Shown here piece by piece: positions 54,464 to 63,782 of a stretch of DNA of 64,000 bases. The position numbers and the translations under genes were made by a program. The first letter of the stretch is position 1. Each line of letters opens with the position of its first letter. The DNA is from a virus (taxonomy: Duplodnaviria; Caudoviricetes). The DNA lies in the IMG/VR virus record IMGVR_UViG_3300042139_000023, one strand, 5' to 3'. Below the pieces are notes generated by a model that was not told the DNA's origin, did not search any database, and saw only the letters and a list, made by a program, of their open reading frames with translations.

Positions 54464-55426
54464 GTGGCGACGAAGGCAGCCATTCCGCCGAAGCCGAAGA
54501 CGGCCCCCACCGTGCACCTCAAGGGCCAGAAGCGGAAGCCGCCACGGACCCTGAAGGGCGACCTCAAGGCACTGAAGGGGAAGCTCGGTTCGGCCACCAC
54601 TCGGTGGACCGAGAGTCAGGGCAAGGCGGAAGAGAAGAAGGAGAAGGTACGCCAGGAGGCCGAGAAGATCCTGGCCCCCGTCAAGGAAAAGGCCGCAGAG
54701 GAGAAGAAGCTCGCGGCCGAAGTGATGAAGCCCGTTCAGGCGGCTGCCGCCGCCATCAAGAACGGGTTGGATCCGGCCAACGGAAAGACCCGGCCGTACG
54801 TCACTTCGTTCATGATCTCCTCGGTGATGTCGTGGGCTGTCGGACCGCAGATTCTGACCGCTCTGTACGAGCGAATCCGCTTCGGCACCTCGACCACCGG
54901 ATGGGGAATCCTGAACGGCCCTGGCAGGTGGTTCAGGGACACGATCGGCATGGCGTACGAGTCGGACCGGCTCGGCAGCCTGATCTGGGCAGCGATCATG
55001 GGGCTCACCCCCATGATCCTGATGTTCACCCGGAACCAGGTCGCCGGATACCTGGCCCAGAGCACGTACCGGGGGCGGATGGTCGCCTTCAGCATCAAGT
55101 GGCTGACCCGTTCGGCCTGGCTGGTTCCGGTCCTGTTCTTCGTGGGGGTCTCGTACCCCGACGAGGTGACGGCGATCTTCGGTTCGCCGTGGACCTTCCA
55201 GATGTGGCAGTTCTGGGTCGCCGGTCTGTTCTGCATGGCGTTCTACGCGACCATGTGGGTCTTCGACCGGATCGAACGGCTCAACCGCGAGCGGTCGGCC
55301 ATGTCGGAGGAGGAGCGCGAGAAGTCCCAGAGCATGGGGCCGGGCATCTTCCACGCCGTACTCATGATCCCGCTGGCGTCGATCGTCACGGGGATCCTGC
55401 TCTACGCACCGGGCGCCGCCTGGTGA
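54464..55426 (+). CDS. multi-pass membrane protein (putative transfer/spread function)
   Basis: basic N-terminus, about five TM segments; AAGGAG RBS. Confidence 0.7.
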   Translation: MATKAAIPPKPKTAPTVHLKGQKRKPPRTLKGDLKALKGKLGSATTRWTESQGKAEEKKEKVRQEAEKILAPVKEKAAEEKKLAAEVMKPVQAAAAAIKNGLDPANGKTRPYVTSFMISSVMSWAVGPQILTALYERIRFGTSTTGWGILNGPGRWFRDTIGMAYESDRLGSLIWAAIMGLTPMILMFTRNQVAGYLAQSTYRGRMVAFSIKWLTRSAWLVPVLFFVGVSYPDEVTAIFGSPWTFQMWQFWVAGLFCMAFYATMWVFDRIERLNRERSAMSEEEREKSQSMGPGIFHAVLMIPLASIVTGILLYAPGAAW

Positions 55427-55651
55427 TGCACAAGGGCCTCCGCTGCCGTGTGGCAGCCCAGCTACCGCTGGAAGCCGGTTCGCATCCGGCCGGAGGTACG
55501 AAGCGGACGAACGAGCCGCTTGGAAAGGGGACGAGTCGTGTTCCAGAAGGACGACGACCTCGACGGGCTGCCGGTACTGAAGCCCGCCGGTCCCGGCCGG
55601 TGAGTCTGTGGGGCCGCTGGAGGGCGGCCCCACAGGGAAGGTGAGGGAAAA

Positions 55652-56230
55652 GTGATTCTGGCACTCACGCAGCAGCAGCAGATCGAGGTTCCGGAGAATT
55701 CGTGGATCGGTCACACCACGATGGCAGGCTTCGGAATCATCCTGCTGGTGCTCTCGTTCCTCTGCATCAAGGGGAACAAGAAGGGTCAGCAGATGTTCCT
55801 CTGGGGCGGGCTGACCAAGGCGCTGATGACCAAGGCCGTGCAGCAGCCGACCAGCCGCATGATGACGAAGGTCCACGGAGGTCCGAGCGAAGGGTTCGAC
55901 TGGCGGTCCGCAATGACATTCCTCGTGGGAATGTGGGCCATGACGTCGATCGTCAGCTCGACCGGTGGGTTCGTCGTCGACCTGGTCGACTGGTTCCAGG
56001 GTCTGGTCATGGCGCTGGCCGACTGGCCGGTCCTGTCCGACATCGGAGCCGGAGGCATCTGCCTCTTCCTCGGGTTCCTCGCGATGCGGAACAAGGATGA
56101 CGACAAGCAGGATCTGATGTACGGCGCCATCTGCGGGTTCTTCTTCCCGCTCGGCGGCGGCACCTGGGCCGAGATCACACTCCAGATCGGCAACTGGATC
56201 CCGCAGCTCATGCAGAGCCCGTTCCACTGA
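55652..56230 (+). CDS. multi-pass membrane protein
   Basis: four or more TM segments. Confidence 0.75.
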   Translation: MILALTQQQQIEVPENSWIGHTTMAGFGIILLVLSFLCIKGNKKGQQMFLWGGLTKALMTKAVQQPTSRMMTKVHGGPSEGFDWRSAMTFLVGMWAMTSIVSSTGGFVVDLVDWFQGLVMALADWPVLSDIGAGGICLFLGFLAMRNKDDDKQDLMYGAICGFFFPLGGGTWAEITLQIGNWIPQLMQSPFH

Positions 56231-56243
56231 GGTGGGCGGTTCC

Positions 56244-56274
56244 AACGGCCGGGCCCTTCGCGGGTCCGGCCGTT
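56244..56274 (+). terminator. terminator-like hairpin
   Basis: AACGGCCGGGCCC/GGGTCCGGCCGTT followed by CGGCTTTT. Confidence 0.7.
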
Positions 56275-56303
56275 CGGCTTTTCAACTCCAGTACAGGTTC
56301 ACC

Positions 56304-56333
56304 TTGTTGGCTGGCCTAGGTCAATGTTAGAGT
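56304..56333 (+). promoter_or_regulatory. promoter with operator-like palindrome in spacer
   Basis: TTGTTG-N18-TAGAGT; GGCCTAGGTC at 56313-56322. Confidence 0.55.
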
Positions 56334-56358
56334 GGAGCCCGGAGAAGGGAGGAACGTG

Positions 56359-56994
56359 ATGCGCAGGGCAGGCGGAGTATTCGTCGGCGTGTTTCTGGCA
56401 GTTGGGGCAGTTCAGGCCGTCACCGGTTTCATTCCGGCGGTCCCGTCTGCCGCGTCCGTCGCGGCGCCTCCGAAGCAGGAGGCCACCGGGGACTACAAGT
56501 TCACGGGCACCTCTGCCCCGATCCGGCCCGGCTCGGTCCCGAAGAAGCGCTGGGAAGAGCTGATCAACAAGTGGGGCAACAAGTGCAAGACGTTGACCCC
56601 CGCCCTCCTGGCGGCCCAGCTCGATCAGGAGAGCATGGGATTCAAGCCTGAAGTCATCGACGGACGACTGGACTCCCCGGCCTCCGCCAAGGGCATGGCC
56701 CAGTTCATCGACGGCACGTGGGCCACCGAGGGGATCGACGCAAACGGGGACGGCAAGCGCAACAAGTACGACCCCGAGGACGCCATCCCCTCGGCCGCGA
56801 CGCTGGACTGCAAGCTCGCGAACGGCCTGAAGGACATACCTGGCCCCACCTGGAAGAACATGCTCGCCGGATACAACGCGGGCGGCTTCCGGGTGAAGCA
56901 GTACAACGGCGTCCCGCCGTGCTCGTTCGCCAGGTGCGAGACCTACAACTACGTGAAGTTCATCGAGCGGAAGACGAGGAAGTACGAGCAGTGA
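56359..56994 (+). CDS. secreted lytic transglycosylase (SLT-like)
   Basis: signal peptide; LLAAQLDQES.GF, SPASAKGMAQF..GTW, LAGYNAG...V, ETYNYV. Confidence 0.9.
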   Translation: MRRAGGVFVGVFLAVGAVQAVTGFIPAVPSAASVAAPPKQEATGDYKFTGTSAPIRPGSVPKKRWEELINKWGNKCKTLTPALLAAQLDQESMGFKPEVIDGRLDSPASAKGMAQFIDGTWATEGIDANGDGKRNKYDPEDAIPSAATLDCKLANGLKDIPGPTWKNMLAGYNAGGFRVKQYNGVPPCSFARCETYNYVKFIERKTRKYEQ

Positions 56995-57590
56995 ACCGGA
57001 CTCAGCGAGCGGCCCTGGCGGTCGCCTCCGTGGCGCTGCTCGTGCCCGTCACGTCATCCTGTGCCGCGCTCAACGCGGCGCCCATCTCGAACGCCACGGC
57101 GAACCCCAACCCGGAGATCGAGAAGATCAACTGGTACTCGCCCGAGCAGCGCGCCAAGGAGGCGAAGCGACAGGAGCGGGACACCAAGGTCTCCAGTTCC
57201 CGGTCGGGCGACGCGGCGGCCGTGGCCATCGCGTACGCCCGCACGAAGATCGGAGTTCCCTACCTCTGGGGCGGCACCGGCACCAGCGCCCAGGGCGGTC
57301 GCTTCGACTGCTCCGGCCTGACGCAGGCCGCGTACGCCAAGGCGGGGATCAGGATCCCTCGGGTCGCGAACGACCAGTACAACACGACCAGCAATCATCC
57401 ATCCTGGGATGAACTGGAGCCGGGTGACCTGGTCTTCTTCGGCCAGAAGGGGAATTCGCGCTCGATTCATCACGTCGGCATCTACATCGGTGGCGGCAAG
57501 ATGCTGCACGCGCCACGGACCGGAACGAAGATCCGCGTCAACGACGTGCACTACATGAACGACTACTTCGGAGCGACGAGGGTGGCCTGA
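56991..57590 (+). CDS. NlpC/P60 cell-wall peptidase, probable lipoprotein
   Basis: VTSSC lipobox-like; IGVPYLWGG, FDCSGL, IPRVANDQ, PGDLVFF, HVGIYIG, MLHAP. Confidence 0.92.
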   Translation: MNRTQRAALAVASVALLVPVTSSCAALNAAPISNATANPNPEIEKINWYSPEQRAKEAKRQERDTKVSSSRSGDAAAVAIAYARTKIGVPYLWGGTGTSAQGGRFDCSGLTQAAYAKAGIRIPRVANDQYNTTSNHPSWDELEPGDLVFFGQKGNSRSIHHVGIYIGGGKMLHAPRTGTKIRVNDVHYMNDYFGATRVA

Positions 57591-57886
57591 TGGCTGAACA
57601 CACGGTGCGCGTATGGCGCAGGACAAGGCCCCTCACGGGTGACCCGACCCGGGTCATCGGCCTGGAGCGGGACGAGATCACCCTTGAGGCGCCGAGCTTG
57701 AAGTCGGCCCTGGAGCAGGTGGTCGACGCCGAGTACAAGGAGGGCGGCAAGCAGCTCCGGGTGTACGCCCAGATCGAGCGGCCCGAAGGAGGTCACCTCG
57801 GGATCGGCGATTACACCCTCTGCGAGCTGGCTTTCGCGGAAGACGAGAAGCGCCGGGCGGAGCAGTCCGGCGACATCGAGAAGTAA
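57590..57886 (+). CDS. hypothetical protein
   Basis: TGATG overlap. Confidence 0.7.
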   Translation: MAEHTVRVWRRTRPLTGDPTRVIGLERDEITLEAPSLKSALEQVVDAEYKEGGKQLRVYAQIERPEGGHLGIGDYTLCELAFAEDEKRRAEQSGDIEK

Positions 57887-57903
57887 CGGAAACGGAGAAA
57901 CAC

Positions 57904-58374
57904 GTGGAATCCAGTCTCGGAACGCCGGACGACATGCTGCGCCAGTCGATGAAGCAGCTCGGCATCGACCGTGAGACGGCCATCTCCCTGGCCGTGAAAG
58001 GCTTCGAGGCGGCCCTGCGGGTCGAGGGCGAGGTGACCGAGGAGAAGGTGGACCGCAAGCTGGCCGAACTCTTCGTCGCCGAGAGCCGCAACCGGTCCCC
58101 CTGGTTCGTGACGCTGATGCAGGCGCACTACCGCAAGAACCTCCCCGCCTGGGAGAAGCTGCACGACGACGCGGTGGAGCGCGGCCAGGACCCGGCGACG
58201 AAGATGTCCATCACCGAGAGCGTGATCATGGAGATGGCGCAGGAACGCGTCGAGCTGGTGAAGCTCGCCAAGCAGGGCAAGTCGATCGAGGAGATCACTG
58301 AGGCGGCCTTCGCCTTCGACGACGCGCGGCCCGACGGCGAGCTGTACCTGCTCCTCGCGCGACAGATGGGCTGA
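57904..58374 (+). CDS. hypothetical protein
   Basis: GGAG RBS; helical. Confidence 0.75.
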   Translation: MESSLGTPDDMLRQSMKQLGIDRETAISLAVKGFEAALRVEGEVTEEKVDRKLAELFVAESRNRSPWFVTLMQAHYRKNLPAWEKLHDDAVERGQDPATKMSITESVIMEMAQERVELVKLAKQGKSIEEITEAAFAFDDARPDGELYLLLARQMG

Positions 58375-58443
58375 CGGAGAACCCCGGACGGGCGGCCGAT
58401 GTGAACGGCCGCCCGTCGTCACATCTCGGAAGGGAAGAAGGGC

Positions 58444-58773
58444 ATGACGAAGAACGCCAAGCGAGCGGGCGTCATCACGATCGAGGTCGAGCTGCTGAAG
58501 CCGCTCAGCCGGATGCGGAAGGTGGCTCTGGAGCTGGCCTGGGAGGACATGCTGGACCTCCCGCTGTCGACCGACAAGCTCCAGATCGACCGCATGGAGA
58601 TCAACCTGACGCTCGGCCCGGCCGACGACGGAACGATCCTCGACGCGCCGAACTCGCTTCAGGACTTCACCTGGCAGGGCACCTACGACAGCGGCGAGTG
58701 GGTGGCCGCCGAGACCTTCATCGCCAACGCCCGGCACGACCGTCGAGTGCTGAACGTCAAGGCGATCCGGTGA
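58444..58773 (+). CDS. hypothetical protein
   Basis: AAGGG RBS. Confidence 0.75.
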   Translation: MTKNAKRAGVITIEVELLKPLSRMRKVALELAWEDMLDLPLSTDKLQIDRMEINLTLGPADDGTILDAPNSLQDFTWQGTYDSGEWVAAETFIANARHDRRVLNVKAIR

Positions 58774-59483
58774 AGGGGTCGGTGCACGCGGCGATCGGAG
58801 CCTCGGCACCGGCAGGGCTCGTGCTCACTCAGCACGTCAGCATCCTTCAGGGTGTGGTGATGGCGGCGGTCTCGGCGGGTTTCTCCCTGATGCCCGACCT
58901 GGACCACCCCAACGCCTGCGCCACGAAGGCCCTGGGCAAGCCCGTCCACAGGGTCGTCCACACCCTGTGCAAGGCGGTCGTGAAGGGCACGGCACTGGGC
59001 CGCGATCGAAGCTACCTGACCTTCCGGAAGGCCCGTGGCCAGGACCCCTACCACCGGACCCTGACGCATACCTTGCTCGTCTCGGTGGCGATGGGTGCCC
59101 TGGCGTACATCCTGGCGATGGCTTCGCCCATCGCCTGCGGGGCCGTGGCCGCGCTCGGGGTCTTCACGCTCTGGCCGTTGTACCGGAAGACCATCGGCCT
59201 GGTCGTCCTCGGTGCCGCCGTTGCGGCCGTCGGGTCAGTGATCTACCTGGATCCCTGGTTGATGGCACTGGCCGTGACCGGCGGATACGCAAGTCACGTG
59301 GTGGCCGACGGCTGCACGACGGCCGGGGTTCCGGCGTTCTGGCCGCTGACCATCCAGGGCAAGCGCTGGTGGAACATCCGGCTCCTTGGAGGATCCGTCT
59401 CTTCGGGGTCGGCCGCAGAGAAGGGACCGGCGATCGGGGTGGCAATGGCCTCCAACGCACTTCTGGTCCTGCTCAGCATGTAG
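58770..59483 (+). CDS. membrane-bound metal-dependent hydrolase (YdjM/DUF457-like)
   Basis: H..IG, MPDLDHP, HRTLTH, GYASHVVADGCT..GVP.FWP; multiple TM segments. Confidence 0.85.
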   Translation: MKGSVHAAIGASAPAGLVLTQHVSILQGVVMAAVSAGFSLMPDLDHPNACATKALGKPVHRVVHTLCKAVVKGTALGRDRSYLTFRKARGQDPYHRTLTHTLLVSVAMGALAYILAMASPIACGAVAALGVFTLWPLYRKTIGLVVLGAAVAAVGSVIYLDPWLMALAVTGGYASHVVADGCTTAGVPAFWPLTIQGKRWWNIRLLGGSVSSGSAAEKGPAIGVAMASNALLVLLSM

Positions 59484-59583
59484 GGAAGCCCGGCCTCTGG
59501 CCGGGCTTTTCTGCTCTTGGCGAATGACCCACATCTGGCGCACAATTGAAGACGGAAGTGGAGGGAAAGGTGATGCGATTCCG

Positions 59584-60018
59584 GTGACGTACGAGAAGGA
59601 CGAGGTCTACGGCACGACGACGCGCCGGACTCTGGCGTACACGCGCGCCCAGGACGAGCTGCTCACGGCAGACTTCCGGCCCCGCGCGGTGCCTGCGCCT
59701 GTTCAGCCCCAGGAGCGCATGGCCCCGCTGCCGCCCGAGGAGACCAGCCCGTACGGACCGGAGGCGATCGTCCGGGCCCGCGAGATGGACTACGAGCTGA
59801 CGACACGCATCCAGCAGGAGTCGCCGTACGTGGCGCAGGAGGTGGTCGAGCACAAGATCCACGACTACCGGCTGTACGTCGGCATGTGGATCGTGGCCGG
59901 TCTGAGCGCCGTGACGGCCTTCCTCACGTTCGACCTCGTCCACCTGGCCATAGCCGGTGTCGCGGTCGTCTTCGCTCTGATGTCCTCCCCCGGTCAGCAG
60001 TACCGGGATGCGGATTGA
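59584..60018 (+). CDS. membrane protein with C-terminal TM pair
   Basis: start uncertain (59524 or 59584). Confidence 0.65.
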   Translation: MTYEKDEVYGTTTRRTLAYTRAQDELLTADFRPRAVPAPVQPQERMAPLPPEETSPYGPEAIVRAREMDYELTTRIQQESPYVAQEVVEHKIHDYRLYVGMWIVAGLSAVTAFLTFDLVHLAIAGVAVVFALMSSPGQQYRDAD

Positions 60019-60071
60019 CGCATCCAGCATGGCTGCCATAGACTGAACTTACCCGAACGGAAGGGAAGTTC

Positions 60072-60293
60072 ATGGGAGTCCTCAAGCGCGTCAAGCGCCT
60101 CCTGATGCAGGGCGGCGGCGTGGCTGTCGTCGAGAACACCGGCCCGGCGACAGCCACCGATGGCGGCTCTGCGATCACCGGCTACAGCGGTCCGCCGCCG
60201 AAGCGCGGTCAGACCGTCGTCGTGAAGAACACCGGCCCCGCGACCGCATCTGGTCCCGGCAGCCGGGCCGTCTCCGGAATCGACTACACCTGA
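60072..60293 (+). CDS. small protein with duplicated V(V/E).NTGPATA.G.GS repeat
   Basis: two internal repeats. Confidence 0.7.
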   Translation: MGVLKRVKRLLMQGGGVAVVENTGPATATDGGSAITGYSGPPPKRGQTVVVKNTGPATASGPGSRAVSGIDYT

Positions 60294-60496
60294 TGGCCGG
60301 GCGGAAGAAGTCCGAGCAGGGGCCGGAAAAACGCGAAGAGCGCACCGTCGTGCGTTGGACGAAGAGCGAGAAGAAGCGACTCGCTACGGCCAAGCAGAGC
60401 ATGGGTGTTCCGTACGACGTCGATGTGGTGCGGATTCTGACCCTACGGGGTCTCGATTCCCTGCTGGGCAAGGAGCCGGAAAACGTGGCAGAGTGA
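60293..60496 (+). CDS. small DNA-binding (RHH-like) protein
   Basis: RTVVRWTKSEKKRL...DVVRILTLRGL. Confidence 0.55.
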   Translation: MAGRKKSEQGPEKREERTVVRWTKSEKKRLATAKQSMGVPYDVDVVRILTLRGLDSLLGKEPENVAE

Positions 60497-60501
60497 TCGC
60501 C

Positions 60502-60687
60502 ATGACGAACAGCATCTCCCCGGATCCCCTGGTCGACATCACCGAGGCCGCCGCGCGCATGGGTGTGAAGGAACGCCGGGCCCGCCGCATTCTCGCTCAG
60601 AACCTGATCCAGCCGGTCCGGACCGCCCAGGGGATTCGCTACCGGCTGGACGACGTCCGCGACGTGAAGCGGATGTACCAGCAGTGA
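60502..60687 (+). CDS. small HTH (MerR/excisionase-like) protein
   Basis: DITEAAARMGVKERRARRI...RYRLDDV. Confidence 0.7.
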   Translation: MTNSISPDPLVDITEAAARMGVKERRARRILAQNLIQPVRTAQGIRYRLDDVRDVKRMYQQ

Positions 60688-60809
60688 AGACGTTTCTCAG
60701 GCAGGCCGTGAAGGAGCTGACGTTCGCCGTCGTGGCGATGGCTGTCTTTTCGGTGCTGTTCATCCTGGGCCATCTTGCGATTTACCAGGAGTGGCCCCGC
60801 TGGAAGTAG
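60684..60809 (+). CDS. small membrane peptide (41 aa)
   Basis: GTGA overlap; one TM; not in ORF track. Confidence 0.5.
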   Translation: MKTFLRQAVKELTFAVVAMAVFSVLFILGHLAIYQEWPRWK

Positions 60810-60831
60810 CGGGGCCTGGAATGGAGAAGAA

Positions 60832-61377
60832 GTGAACGATCAGGAGATCCGCGCTGCCGCCGCCCAGGCTGCGGCCACGCTCATGGCTCCGATGCAGCCC
60901 ATGCCCGCCGACTTCGTCGCCGTGGCCGAGGTCGTCGAGGCGTTCATCCGGGACGGCAAGGAGGCGGCCTTCGCTCTCACGGTCCCCCTGGACGCCCCGA
61001 CCCAGCTCCCGGCCCCCGAACCCGAGCCGCCCGCCCAGGCGAGTCAGGCTCCGGTCGAGGACGTCCGTCCGATCCAGGACGCGGCGCCCCCGGAGGATCC
61101 CACCCCTGCGCCCCAGCCCGAGCCGGAGGCCCAGGTGATCCAGATGGTGGGTCGCGTCGCCTCCCCGAAGCAGCAGGAGGCCCGGAGCATCATCGAGCGC
61201 AAGAAGAAGGAGCGCGTCGATTCGATCGTGGCCGAGGCTTCTGTCGCCAAGGTCAAGGCCCACAAGCAGCGCCTTCTCGACGACGCCGAGGGGGCTGGGT
61301 TGTCTGACTACCCCGTCGTGATCAAGGGTTCGACGATGACCCTGGGAACGTATCTCGGTTCCCTGCTTGGAAGTTGA
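60832..61377 (+). CDS. hypothetical protein with Pro-rich linker
   Basis: GGAGAAG RBS. Confidence 0.7.
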   Translation: MNDQEIRAAAAQAAATLMAPMQPMPADFVAVAEVVEAFIRDGKEAAFALTVPLDAPTQLPAPEPEPPAQASQAPVEDVRPIQDAAPPEDPTPAPQPEPEAQVIQMVGRVASPKQQEARSIIERKKKERVDSIVAEASVAKVKAHKQRLLDDAEGAGLSDYPVVIKGSTMTLGTYLGSLLGS

Positions 61378-61396
61378 CCTCTTCTGGTGATAGAAT
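61367..61396 (+). promoter_or_regulatory. candidate promoter
   Basis: TTGGAA-N18-TAGAAT. Confidence 0.5.
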
Positions 61397-61454
61397 CGCA
61401 GAAGAAGGGAAAACGCCGGTATCTTTGAGTGACCAGTTCACGAGGAGGTACCGA

Positions 61455-61745
61455 ATGCTCAGCACAGGCGCGACCATCAGCCGGACCGTCGAGAATCTGC
61501 TGGCCATCATGGTCAGCGAGGACCGAGATCGACTGGCTGGAAGCACGGTCCGCAAGGTGTACTCGGAGAAACTGAAGGCGCTGGCAACGCACCTCGGAGT
61601 CTCCGAAGCGTACCTGCCGAGGAAGATCCAGGCAGGCACGTGGGATGCGAAGGAACTCGATCAACTCGCCGAGTTCTTCGAGATGTGGCCCGGCGATTTC
61701 GTTCCGGGCCCAGAAGATGAGAAAACGGAAACGGAGAAGGCGTGA
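61455..61745 (+). CDS. XRE-like HTH protein
   Basis: GAGGAGG RBS; LKALATHLGVSEAYL.RK...W...ELDQLAEFF. Confidence 0.7.
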   Translation: MLSTGATISRTVENLLAIMVSEDRDRLAGSTVRKVYSEKLKALATHLGVSEAYLPRKIQAGTWDAKELDQLAEFFEMWPGDFVPGPEDEKTETEKA

Positions 61746-63256
61746 AGTTCACGGACGAACAGCAGGCCGCGATCGACCTCGCCCTGAAGGGTGAGAACTT
61801 CTCCCTCGTGGCCCCGGCCGGTTCGGGCAAGAGCGCCACGGCGCTCGGCATCGCCATCGCGATGAAGTCCACGCTGGTCAGCCAGGGCCTCAAGGGCCTC
61901 TACTTGGTCTACAACACGCAGGCACGCAAGGAAGCGGAGGCGAAGTTCAAGCGGGCGGGCATCACCTGGTTCGACGTCCGCACCACGAGCCAGCTCGCCT
62001 GGCGCGCGTACGCCAACACGCACAAGGAGCGCATGGCGATCGACGCTCCGGCGGTCCCCGCCAAGGAGGTCGCGAAGGCGCTGGACCTGACCCCGAAGGA
62101 CTTCGGCGACAAGCTGATCCTCGACGGGTTCACCCAGGCCCGTCTGGCTTCCGACGCGATCGAGCGGTTCTGCAACTCGAACCACGTCCAGCTCACCGAG
62201 AAGGACGTCTACATTCCGGTCGCCGGGCCGGGCGAGGCCGCCATCAAGGCGGCGCAGTCCTTCATCGCGAAGCTCGCATGGGCGCTGTGGAAGCAGTCGA
62301 TCATGCCGAACTCCCGCCTCCGCTTCACGATGAACCACGCGTTCAAGCTGGTCGCCGAGAGCGGCAAGGACTACGGCTACGGAGTCGTCCTGATCGACGA
62401 GGCGCAGGACAGCAACGACGCCACGATGAAGTTCCTGCTCAACCAGAAGAACGCGCAGGGCATCCTCATCGGCGACCCGGCGCAGTCCCTGTACGCCTGG
62501 CGCGGCGCCTCCGACCAGATCATGCGGTACGACGCCCCGCGCCTGTACCTCACCCAGTCGTTCCGCTTCGGCGACGGTGTCGCCGAGGAGGCGATGAAGC
62601 ACCTGCCCCACACGGAGACCGGCGTCACGATCAAGGGCCTTTCCTCCATCGCCGACATGGTCACCGAGGATGACATGGAGGACCCGAACGTCGTCCTCAC
62701 CCGGACCAACGCGGGCGCCATGACCTACGCGATCAGCTACCTGAAGGCGGGCAAGCGGGTCGCGATGGTCAAGGGCACCAAGCAGATCCTGGACATCGCC
62801 TACGCGGCCCGCGACCTGATGGCGGGCAAGAAGGCGCGAAGCCTGGAACTGAGTGCCTTCGACAACTGGGCCGAGCTGGTCGAGTACACGAAGGAACCCG
62901 GCGGCGGTCACCTCAAGGCGATCGTGAAGCTGATCAACGTGTACGGCATCAGCGACCTGATCGCCGCGTGCAACCGCATGGCCCGGTACAACGAGCCGCA
63001 CGACGTGGCGGTCACCACGTGCCACTCGATCAAGGGCCTGGAGTGGAAGAAGGTCCAGATCGGCGACGACTTCTTCGAGCCGGAGCCGTTCGAGAACCCG
63101 CTCACCCAGGAGATGGAGCCGGGTGTCATCGACCGGCACGAAGCGATGATCCACTACGTGGCGGTCACCCGGGCCCAGGAGCACCTGGACCGTGGCGGCC
63201 TGAAGTGGATCGACAACTACCCGGCGCCGGTCGGCGGCCATGCCCTCCGGAAGTGA
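61742..63256 (+). CDS. UvrD/Rep-like superfamily-1 helicase
   Basis: FTDEQQ, APAGSGKS, VLIDEAQD, IGDPAQSLYAWRGA, LTQSFRF, TCHSIKGLEW, YVAVTRA. Confidence 0.92.
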   Translation: MKFTDEQQAAIDLALKGENFSLVAPAGSGKSATALGIAIAMKSTLVSQGLKGLYLVYNTQARKEAEAKFKRAGITWFDVRTTSQLAWRAYANTHKERMAIDAPAVPAKEVAKALDLTPKDFGDKLILDGFTQARLASDAIERFCNSNHVQLTEKDVYIPVAGPGEAAIKAAQSFIAKLAWALWKQSIMPNSRLRFTMNHAFKLVAESGKDYGYGVVLIDEAQDSNDATMKFLLNQKNAQGILIGDPAQSLYAWRGASDQIMRYDAPRLYLTQSFRFGDGVAEEAMKHLPHTETGVTIKGLSSIADMVTEDDMEDPNVVLTRTNAGAMTYAISYLKAGKRVAMVKGTKQILDIAYAARDLMAGKKARSLELSAFDNWAELVEYTKEPGGGHLKAIVKLINVYGISDLIAACNRMARYNEPHDVAVTTCHSIKGLEWKKVQIGDDFFEPEPFENPLTQEMEPGVIDRHEAMIHYVAVTRAQEHLDRGGLKWIDNYPAPVGGHALRK

Positions 63257-63782
63257 CCGCGACTGGCTGAAGGCCGAACTGGCGGGGTCCCTCGAAGGAT
63301 TCCGCCAGTTCGGCTGGAGCGTCGAGACCGGCCACACGAAGAAGACGTTCCAGGAGTTCGCCCACGGGCGGCACAGGAACCCCTTCGGGATGGACGAGTC
63401 TCTGGTCACCGCCCGTTTCACCGACGACGGGCGGCTGGAGCTAAAGAGGTACGCACTCCCGCGCGGCATCACCGAGTGGATCGAGTGTGACGAGGCGGCC
63501 TTCCTGGGCTTCCTCGCCGAGGGCGAGACCGGGCTGGACAAGGGTTCGCACTTCACGCGGCCCACGTACTGCCCGTGCGACAAGAAGCGCCACCGCTCCG
63601 TCCTGCGGGGCGAGGCGTTCGCCCGGCGAGTCGCCCAGGAGGCGGGCAGCGACGGCCTTCAGCGCGCCTACCGGTGCGACTGGAACGCACGTGCCGTGCA
63701 CCTCTCCAGCAAGAAGCGCGGCACGCTCGGCGAGCCGATCCCCGGCGCCTACGTGGTGCTGGCTGAAGGGTGGAACTCGTGA
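63240..63782 (+). CDS. hypothetical protein with C-terminal zinc-finger-like motif
   Basis: YCPCDKKRH...AYRC.W....HLSS. Confidence 0.7.
   Translation: MPSGSDRDWLKAELAGSLEGFRQFGWSVETGHTKKTFQEFAHGRHRNPFGMDESLVTARFTDDGRLELKRYALPRGITEWIECDEAAFLGFLAEGETGLDKGSHFTRPTYCPCDKKRHRSVLRGEAFARRVAQEAGSDGLQRAYRCDWNARAVHLSSKKRGTLGEPIPGAYVVLAEGWNS

Noticed and set aside
61661-63583. 640-aa minus-strand ORF (also 5876..7660, 47820..49535, 50214..51416, 54425..56245)
   Set aside because: Shadows of well-supported + strand genes, a common artefact in high-GC DNA
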